This document shows positions 47,356 to 57,219 of a DNA stretch of 64,000 nucleotides, one piece after another. The stretch is from Desulfobacterales bacterium (GTDB lineage: Bacteria > Desulfobacterota > Desulfobacteria > Desulfobacterales > UBA5852). Within the stretch, counting starts at the first letter, position 1; every line of letters starts with the position of its first letter. Location: contig CAXXVS010000001.1 in NCBI GenBank assembly GCA_963674755.2, positions 512,001-576,000 of the forward strand, in the 5' to 3' direction. A model generated the notes under the pieces. It was given only the letters and a program-made list of their open reading frames with translations, was not told the DNA's origin and made no database searches. The position numbers were made by a program, and so were the translations under genes.

Positions 47356-48672
47356 TCAGGCTTTGCGTACGGTATAGCTGTCCGTACGCTGATCCTGCAG
47401 GGCCACAAAGTCGAATTCGTCGGGATCGGCCTCGCTAAACCAGGCCTGGCCGGCCTGGCGGCAGTCTTCGCAGGCGTTGCGCGGAATGTGGATCGCCAGG
47501 AGGTGCCGGCCGCGGTCGGAGGTGGAGTCGATGCGCCAGGCGCCGCCGCACTGATCGCAGATCCGAACCGTTTCTTTTTGGAATTCGGTGATGCCGGCGG
47601 TGTCGTAGTAGAGCTGGCGCGAGCGCTGGCCGCAGCCGGACTTGGCACGGACCTGCTCCTGGATTTCACCCCGCCGCTGCCAGTAGGCCAGCACCAGGTC
47701 CCCCACCTTGCCGATGACGCGCGTGACGTCCTTGGACTGGCGGATGGTCTCCGGATTGAAATTGGGCTCGCGCACCTTGCTGTAATCGATGCCGGCCATG
47801 GCCAGGATGATGCCGACGTTAACATAGGGCAGGGCGCCTTCGATGGCATAGCCGCCTTCCAGGACGGCGATGTCGGCCTTGAGCAGCTCCGTCAGCTCGG
47901 CGTAGCCCCGGGCCGTGAAGTTCATGTTGGTGATGGGGTCGGAGAAATGATTGTCCTGGCCGGCGGAATTGACCACCAGATCCGGCTTGAAATCCTCCAA
48001 GATCGGCAGGACCACGTTGCGGATGGTGTAGAGAAAGCCTTCCTCCGAGGTGTTGGGGGGCAAGGGGATGTTCAGGGTGGTGCCAATCGCGTTGGGGCCG
48101 CCCAGCTCGTTGGGGAAGCCGGTGCCCGGATACAGGGTGCGTCCGTCCTGGTGGATCGAGATGAAGAGGGTGTCGGGATCGTGCCAGTAGACGTCCTGGG
48201 TGCCGTCCCCGTGATGGCAGTCCGTATCGACGATGGCCACCCGGCGGACGCCGTATGTTTGGCGCAGATGTTCGATCATGACGGCTTCGATATTGATGTT
48301 GCAGAAGCCGCGGGCGCCGTGGACCACCCGCATGGCGTGGTGGCCGGGAGGGCGCACCAGGGCGAAACCCCGCTCGATTTGCTTTTCCATGACCGCGCAG
48401 CCGATGGTCTTGGCGCCGCCGGCACTGATGAAATGGGACTCCGTCATGACGCTGAGCGGGTCGGGCACGCAGAAATGCACCCGCTGGACATCGGGAACGT
48501 TGACCAGGTCGGGCTTGAGCTCCACGATGTCTTCGATGTCCAGAAGCCCCTCCTCGATGACCTGATCCTGGGTATAGAGGAGGCGCTCTTCGCGCTCCGG
48601 ATGGGTGGGGTCGATGGCCCAGTCGAAGGCCGGAAAAAAAACCAGGCCGGTTTTATATTTGGCTTTCAGCAT
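47356..48672 (-). CDS. Histone deacetylase family amidohydrolase with a Cys-rich C-terminal extension
   Basis: HPE, RPPGHHA, GFC, DTDCHHGDGTQ, SAGQD and LEGGY motifs; tail CDQC...CEDC. Confidence 0.9.
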   Translation of the reverse strand: MLKAKYKTGLVFFPAFDWAIDPTHPEREERLLYTQDQVIEEGLLDIEDIVELKPDLVNVPDVQRVHFCVPDPLSVMTESHFISAGGAKTIGCAVMEKQIERGFALVRPPGHHAMRVVHGARGFCNINIEAVMIEHLRQTYGVRRVAIVDTDCHHGDGTQDVYWHDPDTLFISIHQDGRTLYPGTGFPNELGGPNAIGTTLNIPLPPNTSEEGFLYTIRNVVLPILEDFKPDLVVNSAGQDNHFSDPITNMNFTARGYAELTELLKADIAVLEGGYAIEGALPYVNVGIILAMAGIDYSKVREPNFNPETIRQSKDVTRVIGKVGDLVLAYWQRRGEIQEQVRAKSGCGQRSRQLYYDTAGITEFQKETVRICDQCGGAWRIDSTSDRGRHLLAIHIPRNACEDCRQAGQAWFSEADPDEFDFVALQDQRTDSYTVRKA

Positions 48673-48699
48673 GGCGTGTCCTCTTCCGGCCGCGGCGGC

Positions 48700-50379
48700 T
48701 CACATCAGGCGCCCCGCCACCGGGTCGTAGCCGTGAATCAGTCCGGGCTGTACCTGGGCGCGGATGCGGATATTGCGGCCGGTCGTATGGAAACCCCGGA
48801 CCATATTGAACTGCAAATCTTCGGTGACTTCCATTTCGAGGTATTCCGGGTTGGCCCCCCGTCCCACGGCCTTGCGCTGCAACAGGTCCAGCGCCAGCCG
48901 GCGGGCCTGGACCCGGTCGAAGGAGCGCTCGATACGTTCCGTATAGTTTTCTTCCGGCGCCGATACGATCCCCTGTTCCGTATCGGCATACAGCACCACT
49001 TCGCAGGTGGTGCGGGCCAGGGCGGCGCCGATGGCGTTGGCCACCGCCCAGCGCGGCACGACCCCCACCCGGTAGCTGGACAGGGACTCCAGGTGCGCGG
49101 CAAAAAGCGGGGCCGGCCCTCCGAGAACCAAGATCGTGGCGGGGCGCACTTCATAGCCTTCCTGCATCTCATGGACCGTATAGACCGGCTGGCGGTTGAT
49201 GCGCGCGATCATCTGCTCGGCTTCATCCAGGATTTGGCGGCAGGTGTGGTCAAAGACCCGGAAGGCGGCCTCCTCCACGCTTAGCCCCAGTTGTTGGGCA
49301 ATGGGGGCGAACCCCCGGGCGGCCAGTTCCGGCGATCCCCGGCGGGCCTTGCCCATGATGACCAGAGCATCGGTGGGGGTGGGGGTCGGGCCGCCGTGGG
49401 CCATGGCCGGGCCGTCGCGATGGGGGCCGACCAGGATGCGGCCGTCTTCAATCCGTACGGCGCTGTCCCCGCCGATCCCGATGGAATGGGTTTTCAGGGA
49501 CCGGATGAGGGTTTTGTAGTCCCCCAGTTCCACCCCTTGGGGGTCGAGCAGGGGCACCTGATCCACCAGCACCGCCATGTCGGTGGTGGTCCCGCCGATA
49601 TCCATGACCAGGGCGTCGCCGTTTTCCGGCCCGAAGGCGATGGAGCCCATGACGCTGGCCGCCGGTCCGGAAAAAATGGTCTGGGCCGGGTAGTCGATGG
49701 AGGCCTCGAAGTTCATGTTGCCGCCGTCCGCCTTGAGGATCCGGATCGGCACCTGCAAGCCCTTGCGCACCAGCGATTTGTGGACGGCTTCAAAAAAATT
49801 GCGGTGAATGGGGTAGACCGCGGCGTTGAGATAGGTGGTGGCGATGCGGCGCGGAAAGCTGAGGTTGCCGGAAATGCGGTGACCCAGGAAGATCTTCTCG
49901 AAATGGTTTTCAAGGTGGCGGGCGATGGCCAGTTCCTGTTGGGCATTGCGCACCGAGAATTTGGTGACGACGCCGACATGCCGAATGCCCTCCGCTTGGA
50001 ATCGGTCGCGGACGTCGTCGATTTCAGCCGCCTGCACCGGTTCGACTTCCCGCCCGCGATGGTCGATGGAGCCTGAAAGGCAGGCGAAGTGGTCGTTGGT
50101 GCGATAATACCAGGGGTCGACCCCGGGGCCGCCGGCAACGATCATGCCGACCTTGGGGAGCTTTTTCTGAATGATGGCGTTGGTGGTCAGGGTCGTGCTC
50201 ATGACCATGCGCAGGATCCGGGTCGGATCGATGCCGGCGGTGATGCTTTCAAGAGCGGTCAGGACCGTCTGGAAAAGGTCGTCGGGATCCGTCGGGACCT
50301 TGAGTTCGTTGATGATGCCTTCGCTTCCGAGCAGTACGACATCGGCGTGGGTGCCGCCGACATCAAGACCAATGATCAT
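48700..50379 (-). CDS. Hydantoinase/oxoprolinase family protein (ASKHA ATPase)
   Basis: IGLDVGGTHAD, STTLTTNA, SGPAAS, DIGGTTTD, GIGGDS and ANAIGAA motifs. Confidence 0.9.
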   Translation of the reverse strand: MIIGLDVGGTHADVVLLGSEGIINELKVPTDPDDLFQTVLTALESITAGIDPTRILRMVMSTTLTTNAIIQKKLPKVGMIVAGGPGVDPWYYRTNDHFACLSGSIDHRGREVEPVQAAEIDDVRDRFQAEGIRHVGVVTKFSVRNAQQELAIARHLENHFEKIFLGHRISGNLSFPRRIATTYLNAAVYPIHRNFFEAVHKSLVRKGLQVPIRILKADGGNMNFEASIDYPAQTIFSGPAASVMGSIAFGPENGDALVMDIGGTTTDMAVLVDQVPLLDPQGVELGDYKTLIRSLKTHSIGIGGDSAVRIEDGRILVGPHRDGPAMAHGGPTPTPTDALVIMGKARRGSPELAARGFAPIAQQLGLSVEEAAFRVFDHTCRQILDEAEQMIARINRQPVYTVHEMQEGYEVRPATILVLGGPAPLFAAHLESLSSYRVGVVPRWAVANAIGAALARTTCEVVLYADTEQGIVSAPEENYTERIERSFDRVQARRLALDLLQRKAVGRGANPEYLEMEVTEDLQFNMVRGFHTTGRNIRIRAQVQPGLIHGYDPVAGRLM

Positions 50380-50558
50380 GGCAACGTCCCGAGCGTTGAG
50401 GGATAATGGGCGCGGCCGCCTGTGCTGGGGGCAGGCGGACCGTTGTTGGGTGTGCCAGAAGACCCTAACGGATATGGCCGGTGATGTCAATCATCCCTTA
50501 TGGGGTGCGGGATTGCGGCGGGATGGACCGGCGGCGTCGTAGCCGGTCGTCCCTGTGG

Positions 50559-50963
50559 TCAATCCGCCAGGTAGTAGGTAATGGTCGACTGCCCCGAATA
50601 GCGGAATTTGATGTTTTGCGACCCGCTGTAGCCCTGGGCCTGTTTATCGATGACACTGGGCGGCCCCGTGGAGAGGGCCGATTCCGGAAAACCCTGGTTA
50701 CGGAGAAAAGCGATAATCAGGGCGTTTTTCTTCTGGATGTCGTCGTAAAGGCGGTTGAGGTCGTTGTCGGCTTCATTGAAGGTGATGGGCCAGATGGCGA
50801 TATTGGCCCTCACTTCGCGTTCGGAGAGACCTTTGACCGTTACGGTCCTTTCCAGCGCCCGGAAGGCGACTACGCTGTTACCGATCTGAAATCCCAGGCC
50901 GATCAGCCCGATGCACAGCAGCAAACCGAGAATCAGGGCGCTGCCGAGGGAGGATGTTTTCAT
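50559..50963 (-). pseudogene. SIMPL (DUF541) domain protein, short (134 aa), probably internally deleted
   Basis: ERTVTVKGLSEREVRANIAIWP motif; about half the usual family length, yet ends in a native-looking C-terminus (STITYYLAD). Confidence 0.6.
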
Positions 50964-51230
50964 TCGAGGTGACCTTTCGTTGAGGTGCGGCGGTGAAGGA
51001 CGCTGTAAACGGCGTCGGTGGTGTCATCGCGGTCGCGCTGCAACGCCTTTGGGATGATTCCCGCCATAGTGGATCAGCGCCGAAAAATAAATCGGCATTG
51101 AAATCCCCCACCGCGGCGGCTGACGTGAGCGGCTTGCGCCGGCAGGCGAATATTGTTATTCTTCTTGCTATTCGAAGGCGCCATCGCCTTGTGCTGACGG
51201 TCTCCCCCACCATAAGCTAAGGAAAGCATC

Positions 51231-52589
51231 ATGCCCGATCCTTCGCCAGCGATCGAAACCGCCAAGGCCAAACTTTCCGGAACCCTGCAATTCGTTACCG
51301 ACGACATCTGGCGCACACGCCCGGCCGATCTGCCTCCCTGGAAACGTGCCATCGTGCGCATGCTGCGGGTGCTCTCGCTGGCCATTCGCGGTTTCCGGGA
51401 AGATGTCTGCACGCTGCGGGCGACCTCGCTCACCTTCTACACCCTGCTCTCCATCGTGCCGGTGGCGGCCATGGCCTTCGGCATTGCCAAAGGGTTCGGC
51501 TTCCAGAAGATTCTCGAGCAGCAGCTTTACAAAAACTTTCCCGGCCAGGAAGAAATTCTCGGTAAGGTCGTTCTTTTCGCCAATTCGCTGCTGGCCACAA
51601 CCCAGGGCGGGGTCATCGCCGGGATCGGTCTGGTGCTGCTCTTCTGGACCGTAGTGAAGGTGTTGGGCACCATCGAGGCCTCCTTCAACAGCATCTGGGG
51701 CATTCGGCGGCCGCGTTCCATTGCCCGCAAGTTCAGCGACTATCTTGCCATCATGATGATCAGTCCCCTGCTGGTGATTCTGCAAAGCAGCGCTATCGTG
51801 TTCATTACCACCCAGCTCAGCCAGATCGCCGAACGGATTGCCCTGATCGGGTATTTCAGCCCCTTGATTACCCTGTCCTTCAAACTCATTCCCTACGTCA
51901 TCGTCTGGGTCCTGTTCACCATGGTTTACATGGTCATGCCCAATACCCGCGTCAAGTTTTCTTCCGCCTTGATTGCCGGCATGATCGCCGGCACCGGTTA
52001 TCAATTGTTCCAGTGGTTTTACATCTCCCTCCAGGTGGGGGCCGCGCGTTACAACGCCATCTATGGCAGCTTTGCCGCCCTGCCGCTTTTCCTGGTCTGG
52101 CTCCAGGTCAGCTGGACCATCGTGCTCTTCGGCGCTGAAATTTCCTTTGCCAAACAGCATGCCCAGGACCATGAGTTCGAATCCGATACCGAGCAGGCCA
52201 GTCCCGGGCTGCGTAAAATGGTGGCCCTCCAGATCACCCGCCTGGTGGTCCAAAAGTTCGTCGACGGCGCGCCGCCCCTGAGCGCCGGAGCCATCGCCGC
52301 CGGGGTGGAACGCCCTCCCCGTCTGACCCATCGGGTATTGGAGGAACTTGTGGAGGGCGGTATCCTCAATGAAGTCCAGGTTGAGAGTACGGAGGTCCCC
52401 ACCTATGTTCCGGCGCGGGACGTGGACCAGTTTACCCTGAGTTTTATCCTGGAAGCTCTCGAAACCCGGGGCGTCAATGAGATCCCCTGGCCCCAGGGTC
52501 AGGAAACCTCCTCCCTGGCACTGGCCCTCAACCAGTTGCGCGAATCGGTGCGCCAGTCGCCCGGCAACCGCCGCCTGAAAGAGCTCTGA
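51231..52589 (+). CDS. YihY/virulence factor BrkB family membrane protein with a C-terminal winged-helix-like domain
   Basis: ATSLTFYTLLSIVP, IEASFNSIWG, MPNTRV and IYGSFAALPLFLVW...LFGAE motifs. Confidence 0.9.
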   Translation: MPDPSPAIETAKAKLSGTLQFVTDDIWRTRPADLPPWKRAIVRMLRVLSLAIRGFREDVCTLRATSLTFYTLLSIVPVAAMAFGIAKGFGFQKILEQQLYKNFPGQEEILGKVVLFANSLLATTQGGVIAGIGLVLLFWTVVKVLGTIEASFNSIWGIRRPRSIARKFSDYLAIMMISPLLVILQSSAIVFITTQLSQIAERIALIGYFSPLITLSFKLIPYVIVWVLFTMVYMVMPNTRVKFSSALIAGMIAGTGYQLFQWFYISLQVGAARYNAIYGSFAALPLFLVWLQVSWTIVLFGAEISFAKQHAQDHEFESDTEQASPGLRKMVALQITRLVVQKFVDGAPPLSAGAIAAGVERPPRLTHRVLEELVEGGILNEVQVESTEVPTYVPARDVDQFTLSFILEALETRGVNEIPWPQGQETSSLALALNQLRESVRQSPGNRRLKEL

Positions 52590-52726
52590 GGTGTCGGCGT
52601 CCCGTTAACCGTCCCTGTATCCCTGGTCCGCCGTCCCTTCCCAGGGACGGCACCTATGCCTGCCGTATGTGCTGGATCCTCCTATTGTTTTGCGGACCAA
52701 AAGCGTCCCATTCCCATAAGCGGATA

Positions 52727-52755
52727 TTTTGGGTTGTTTTGGGTCGCTTTAACTG
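52727..52755 (+). promoter_or_regulatory. Tandem 10-bp direct repeats, candidate regulator-binding site
   Basis: TTTTGGGTTG-TTTTGGGTCG-CTTTAACTG just upstream of the -35 element. Confidence 0.45.
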
Positions 52756-52781
52756 CTTTTATTCTCAGGGATAAAATAATA

Positions 52782-52810
52782 TTGACAACTGATAACGGCA
52801 AATCTATAAC
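52782..52810 (+). promoter_or_regulatory. Sigma70 promoter of the tungstate regulator/transport operon
   Basis: TTGACA-N17-TATAAC. Confidence 0.75.
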
Positions 52811-52903
52811 CCCCAATTTATGATACATATCTCATTATGTGTCAGCCCCGAGCGGATGATAGGGACCCGCATTGCCATCCCCGGGGGCGAAAGGCGGATC
52901 GCT

Positions 52904-53830
52904 ATGCGTGATTTACTTTCGACGAAAGAAGTGGCCCGGTTTCTGGGTGTCAATGAAAAGATGGTCTATACCCTGGTGGCTGAAAAAGGACTGCCGGCCA
53001 CCAAAATCACCGGCAAATGGCTTTTCCCCCAGAATTTGGTGGAGCAGTGGGTCGAAGCCAACACCATCAACTATCCGGAACCCCAGCGCCATTTGCCGCC
53101 TTATGAGGGGTTGCTGATTGTAGCCGGCAGCAACGATCCCCTTCTGGAGAAGACCCTTTCGCTGTTTAACCGGCGTTATCCCGAGCATATCGCCGTACTG
53201 GGCAATCTGGGGAGTCTCGGCGGATTGCGGGCCCTGCGTCGCAATTTGTGCCACCTGGCCACCAGTCATCTTATCCAGGACAATGAGGCGGACTATAATT
53301 TCGAATATGCCGACCGCGAACTCGAACGTCAGCCGGCGGTGGTCAATTTCTGCCGACGGGAGCAGGGGTTGCTCGTGGCCCGGGGGAATCCCAAAAGCAT
53401 AAGCACGGTGGCCGATTTGGCCCAACCGGGGCTTACCCTGGTCAACCGCCCCAATAGTACCGGAACCCGCCTGCTCCTGGACCGTGAATTGGCCAAGGCC
53501 GGCATCGAGGGTGAGGACATTGCCGGCTATCACCAGACGGTGATGCGCCATCTGGACGTGGGCCTGGAAATCCTGGCCGGGCGGGGCGATGTGGGGCCGG
53601 GCATCCGCGCTGTGGCCGGGATGCTGGGGCTTGATTTCGTGCCCCTGCGCTGGGAGCGCTATGATTTGCTGATCACCAAGGAGCGTTTTTTCGACCCGGG
53701 TGTTCAGCTTTTTCTGGGGTTGCTGCCGGATGAAGAATTCCGGCAGTTGGCGGACACGCTGGAGGGCTACGACGTCTCTGCCAGCGGAAAAATGGTCTAC
53801 CCCAACGGGGAACGGCCACAAACGGATTAG
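52904..53830 (+). CDS. Excisionase-type HTH + molybdate/tungstate-binding PBP transcriptional regulator (TaoR-like)
   Basis: [11 protein letters not shown]...[17 protein letters not shown]_17; [26 protein letters not shown] and ERYDL PBP motifs; heads the wtp operon. Confidence 0.85.
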   Translation: MRDLLSTKEVARFLGVNEKMVYTLVAEKGLPATKITGKWLFPQNLVEQWVEANTINYPEPQRHLPPYEGLLIVAGSNDPLLEKTLSLFNRRYPEHIAVLGNLGSLGGLRALRRNLCHLATSHLIQDNEADYNFEYADRELERQPAVVNFCRREQGLLVARGNPKSISTVADLAQPGLTLVNRPNSTGTRLLLDRELAKAGIEGEDIAGYHQTVMRHLDVGLEILAGRGDVGPGIRAVAGMLGLDFVPLRWERYDLLITKERFFDPGVQLFLGLLPDEEFRQLADTLEGYDVSASGKMVYPNGERPQTD

Positions 53831-53843
53831 GAAGGAGACATCC

Positions 53844-54824
53844 ATGGATCGGAAGCGGTGGCATTTTTTAAGCATCATGCTTGTTGGATTGCTGCTGATG
53901 GGTGGGACGGCCGTTACGGCTGCGGCCAAAGACGCGGTTATCGTGTTTCACGCCGGTAGCCTGACGGTGCCCCTGGCTCAGATCGAAAAGGATTTCGAAG
54001 CGTTGCACCCGGATATCGATATCCAGCGCGAGGCCGGCGGCAGTACGAAAATGGCCCGCATGATTTCGGAATTGCACAAACCGGCCGATATTATGGCATC
54101 AGCCGACTACCAAGTTATCGAGAAAACCCTGAGGCCCCGGTATGCCGACTGGAATATCCGCTTTGCCACCAACCGCCTGGTGCTCTGCTATACCCCCCAG
54201 AGCCGTTACGCCGATGAACTGACCGCCGATAATTGGTATGAGATTCTGGCCCGCAAGGGCGTAGTCTGGGGGCATTCCGATCCGAACCTGGATCCCTGCG
54301 GGTACCGCAGCCTGATGGTCCTGCAGCTGGCCGAGCTGTTCTACAACCAGCCGGGGCTCTACGACCGTCTGCTGGCCAACCGGCCGGAGGCCAATGTGCG
54401 GCCCAAGTCGGTGGAGCTGGTGTCGCTGCTTAAAACCGGGCATATGGATTATGCTTGGGAATACCGTTCCGTGGCCGTCCAGCATGGGTTGAACTTCCTG
54501 GAACTTGATGACCACATCAATCTTGGCAATTATGCGTATGACGATTATTACCGCCAGGCCCAGGTCAAGGTTACCGGCAAAAAGCCCGGCAGCTGGATAA
54601 CCCGCACCGGCAAAAGCTGCACCTACGGTATCACCATGATCAAGGACGGCCCCAATCCAGACGGGGCGGCCCTTTTCATGGCCTATCTGCTGGATCCGGA
54701 AGGCGGCTTGAAAGTCCTGGACGCCATGGGGCAACCGCCCTTCATTCCCTGCCGGGTGGCTTCGGAAACTGAAAAGCAAGCCTTGCCTGATTCGCTGCAA
54801 CCGCTGGTTGCCATTGCGCCCTAA
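53844..54824 (+). CDS. wtpA: Tungstate/molybdate ABC transporter substrate-binding protein WtpA
   Basis: Signal peptide; [22 protein letters not shown] and [10 protein letters not shown] motifs. Confidence 0.85.
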   Translation: MDRKRWHFLSIMLVGLLLMGGTAVTAAAKDAVIVFHAGSLTVPLAQIEKDFEALHPDIDIQREAGGSTKMARMISELHKPADIMASADYQVIEKTLRPRYADWNIRFATNRLVLCYTPQSRYADELTADNWYEILARKGVVWGHSDPNLDPCGYRSLMVLQLAELFYNQPGLYDRLLANRPEANVRPKSVELVSLLKTGHMDYAWEYRSVAVQHGLNFLELDDHINLGNYAYDDYYRQAQVKVTGKKPGSWITRTGKSCTYGITMIKDGPNPDGAALFMAYLLDPEGGLKVLDAMGQPPFIPCRVASETEKQALPDSLQPLVAIAP

Positions 54825-54906
54825 TGAATCCCGCTGATGACGCTCCTGCCGGTGGGCGCCGGATAGCGCATCCCGGCCGGGGCGGGCGGTCGATTTCGCT
54901 ACCACC

Positions 54907-55742
54907 ATGCCACCCATGAATGCGTCCTTGCATAGCAGCCCCCCATCGGCCGGCGGCCGTCTGGCGATCGATCCCTTTTGGGGTCTTGCCCTGGCCGCCA
55001 CCACCGTGATCACTGCGTTCATTCTGCTTCCGCTGGTGGAAATGGTGGTCCAGCCCTCCTGGCAGGACCTGCTCGATTCCTGGCGCGATCCCGATGTCGT
55101 GCGGGCCATCGGAATGAGCCTTTATACCGCCGGCGCGGCGGCCTTGATTTCCTTCGTCTTCGGCACCCCGTTTGCCTACCTTCTGGCCCGCAAATCCTTC
55201 CCGGCAAGCGCCTGGTGGAAAGCGTGGTGGACCTGCCCATTATGATCCCCCATCCGGTGGTGGGCATTGCCTTGCTGAGTCTGGCCGGTCGCCATCACTG
55301 GTTCGGACGCATCCTGGAAGCGCTCAACATCCAGATCATGGGCACCGTCACCGGGATCGTCAGCGTTCTGACCTTCGTCGGACTGCCCTTTTACATCAAT
55401 GCCGTCAAAACCGGATTCGAGTCGATTCCGCCGCGTCTGGAGACGGTTTCCCGCAGCCTGGGGGCCTCGTTTTCAGCAACCTTTATGCGGGTCACCTTTC
55501 CCCTGGCCTGGCGCAGCATGCTGGTGGGGCTGATCATGTGCATGGCGCGTGCGGTGAGTGAATTCGGGGCCGTCGTGATCGTGGCCTATCATCCCATGGT
55601 GGCTTCGGTGATGATCTATGAGCGGTTTACCGCATACGGACTGAAGTATTCCCAGCCGGTGGCGGTGGGATTGATTCTGGTCTGCCTGGTGTTTTTCCTG
55701 CTTCTGCGCTGGGTGTCGCCCCGGAAGGCGTCCATCCCATGA
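54907..55742 (+). pseudogene. wtpB: Tungstate/molybdate ABC permease WtpB, split by a 1-nt frameshift near 55200 (real lesion or sequencing error)
   Basis: N-half (FGTPFAYLLARKSF) in the 54907 frame; C-half (PGKRLVESVVDLPIMIPHPVVGI...SRSLGAS...ARAVSEFGAV) in the 54978 frame; one extra C in TTCCCGGC joins them. Confidence 0.8.
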
Positions 55743-56800
55743 TACGGGTGGAGGACTTGACCGTCGCGCTGCCCGGCTTTGCCCTGACGGACATCCAGTT
55801 GCATGTGGCACCCGGCGAGGCCTTTGCCCTGCTCGGGCCCACGGGCGCCGGCAAGACCCTTTTGCTGGAAGCCATTATGGGGGTCGTACCGGTGCAACGG
55901 GGCCGGATCCTGGTCGCGGGCCGTGACGTGACCGGGTTGCCCCCCGAGCGGCGCCGCATCGGGATCGTCTACCAGGATCACGCCCTGTTTCCCCATCTGA
56001 ACGTGGCGGAAAACATCGTCTATGGGCAACGCTATTGTGCCGGCCCGCTTCCGGACCTGGACGCCCTGATCCAGCGTCTCGGCCTGGAGCGCCTTCTGGC
56101 ACGCCGCATCCATTCCCTGAGCGGCGGCGAAAAACAGCGCGTGGCCCTGGCGCGTTCCCTGGCCGTGGCGCCTTCGGTCCTGCTATTGGACGAGCCGCTG
56201 ACCGCGCTGGATCCGAATTTCCGCGAAGATCTTCGCGATCTGATCAAAACCCTGCATCAGGACACCGGCATTACGCTGCTGATGGTGACCCACGATTTCG
56301 CGGAGGCCCATTTCCTGGCCCAGCGCACGGCGATCATGCATAGCGGACGTATCGAACAAACCGGATCCCTGGAGGCGGTTTTTGCACATCCGGAAACCCC
56401 CTTCGTGGCGGGTTTCGTCGGCATGAAAAATCTGTTTTCGGCGGAAATTGACGGGGATGCGGTGAAAATCGGCAACCTTCGGCTGCGGTGCCGCAACCCG
56501 GGCGGCGGGTTTCGTTCGATTGCCGTACGGCCGGAAAATGTGGGTGTCAGCCGGCAACCCAAGGACGCCCCCGGGGTCAACCATTTGACCGGCCGCCTGC
56601 GCCGCGTTTTGAACCGCGGCTTTTATGCGGATATCCTGGTTGACGTGGACGGCGTGTCCTGGCATGCCATCGACAGCCGCCGTGACCTGGGCCGCTCGGC
56701 CGTGACCCACGGCGAGACGGTTTATCTAACGATCGCCCCCGAAGATATCCATTTGATTCGCGATGGTTGCGATGGGGGGACGCAAAAAGCGGGAAGATAG
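55739..56800 (+). CDS. wtpC: Tungstate/molybdate ABC transporter ATP-binding protein with TOBE domain
   Basis: GPTGAGKT, LSGGEKQRVALAR, LLLDEP and VTHD motifs; ATGA overlap with the permease stop. Confidence 0.88.
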   Translation: MIRVEDLTVALPGFALTDIQLHVAPGEAFALLGPTGAGKTLLLEAIMGVVPVQRGRILVAGRDVTGLPPERRRIGIVYQDHALFPHLNVAENIVYGQRYCAGPLPDLDALIQRLGLERLLARRIHSLSGGEKQRVALARSLAVAPSVLLLDEPLTALDPNFREDLRDLIKTLHQDTGITLLMVTHDFAEAHFLAQRTAIMHSGRIEQTGSLEAVFAHPETPFVAGFVGMKNLFSAEIDGDAVKIGNLRLRCRNPGGGFRSIAVRPENVGVSRQPKDAPGVNHLTGRLRRVLNRGFYADILVDVDGVSWHAIDSRRDLGRSAVTHGETVYLTIAPEDIHLIRDGCDGGTQKAGR

Positions 56801-56874
56801 ACCCGGCATGGGGAACAGGCGTCGTTTGATCCCTATCGCTTGCGGCCAGAATCCAGGCTTATCAGACTTGCGTA

Positions 56875-57219
56875 CTAATTTCCGGTGGGATTCGTCGGAG
56901 TATTATCCAACTTGAGCTGGTCAGCCGGAATATTTTTGTGCTGATTGGCGATTTTGTGCTGGTTAGCCGGGATATTTTTGTGTTGGTTGGCCACCTTGTG
57001 CTGGTTGGCGTCAAGGATTTTATGCTGGTTGGATACGACATCGCCTGTTGTCGCCGGGCTGGTGATGGTGGCTTTTTCGCCGGCCATAACATCGCCCACA
57101 TTGACTCCGAGGGAAGCGCCCAGGGAAGCCACGACCGTTGCGATACCAATGGTCTTTTTTAGGGAACGGATGCCCGGTTTGCGATCGTTGTGTTGCTTAG
57201 CGGTCGATTTGGCCTTCAT
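56875..57219 (-). CDS. 114-aa peptide with a leader-like N-terminus and tandem (A/S)NQHK repeats; candidate modified-peptide precursor
   Basis: GGAGG SD; basic N-terminus, hydrophobic TIGIATVVASLGASLGV, then SNQHK-ANQHK x4-ADQLK; overlaps the upstream YkgJ gene by 23 nt. Confidence 0.75.
   Translation of the reverse strand: MKAKSTAKQHNDRKPGIRSLKKTIGIATVVASLGASLGVNVGDVMAGEKATITSPATTGDVVSNQHKILDANQHKVANQHKNIPANQHKIANQHKNIPADQLKLDNTPTNPTGN
56911..57033 (-). repeat. Coding tandem repeats (NQHK x5 plus DQLK; a 42-nt higher-order unit twice)
   Basis: GCCAACCAGCACAAGGTG GCCAACCAACACAAAAATATCCCG / GCTAACCAGCACAAAATC GCCAATCAGCACAAAAATATTCCG; differences are mostly synonymous. Confidence 0.9.

Noticed and set aside
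47335..49284. 649-aa plus-strand ORF, and similar antisense ORFs at 33701-35581, 41053-42678, 58387-60165 and 1688-3319
   Set aside because: Shadow frames of the HDAC/hydantoinase, lon, nadB, alr/thiolase and hrpA genes
52840..52903. Possible Moco/Tuco riboswitch in the leader of the tungstate operon (CCCGAG...CCCG...GAAAGG)
   Set aside because: Leader is short and lacks the central conserved elements; the resemblance is too weak without a covariance-model hit
56845..56871. CAGAATCCAGGCTTATC resembling the 3' end of RNase P RNA
   Set aside because: No upstream GAGGAAAGTCC element, and the space is occupied by the wtpC coding sequence
56911..57033. Short repeats as a CRISPR array
   Set aside because: Units are 15-24 nt with no unique spacers, vary at codon third positions, and no cas genes are nearby
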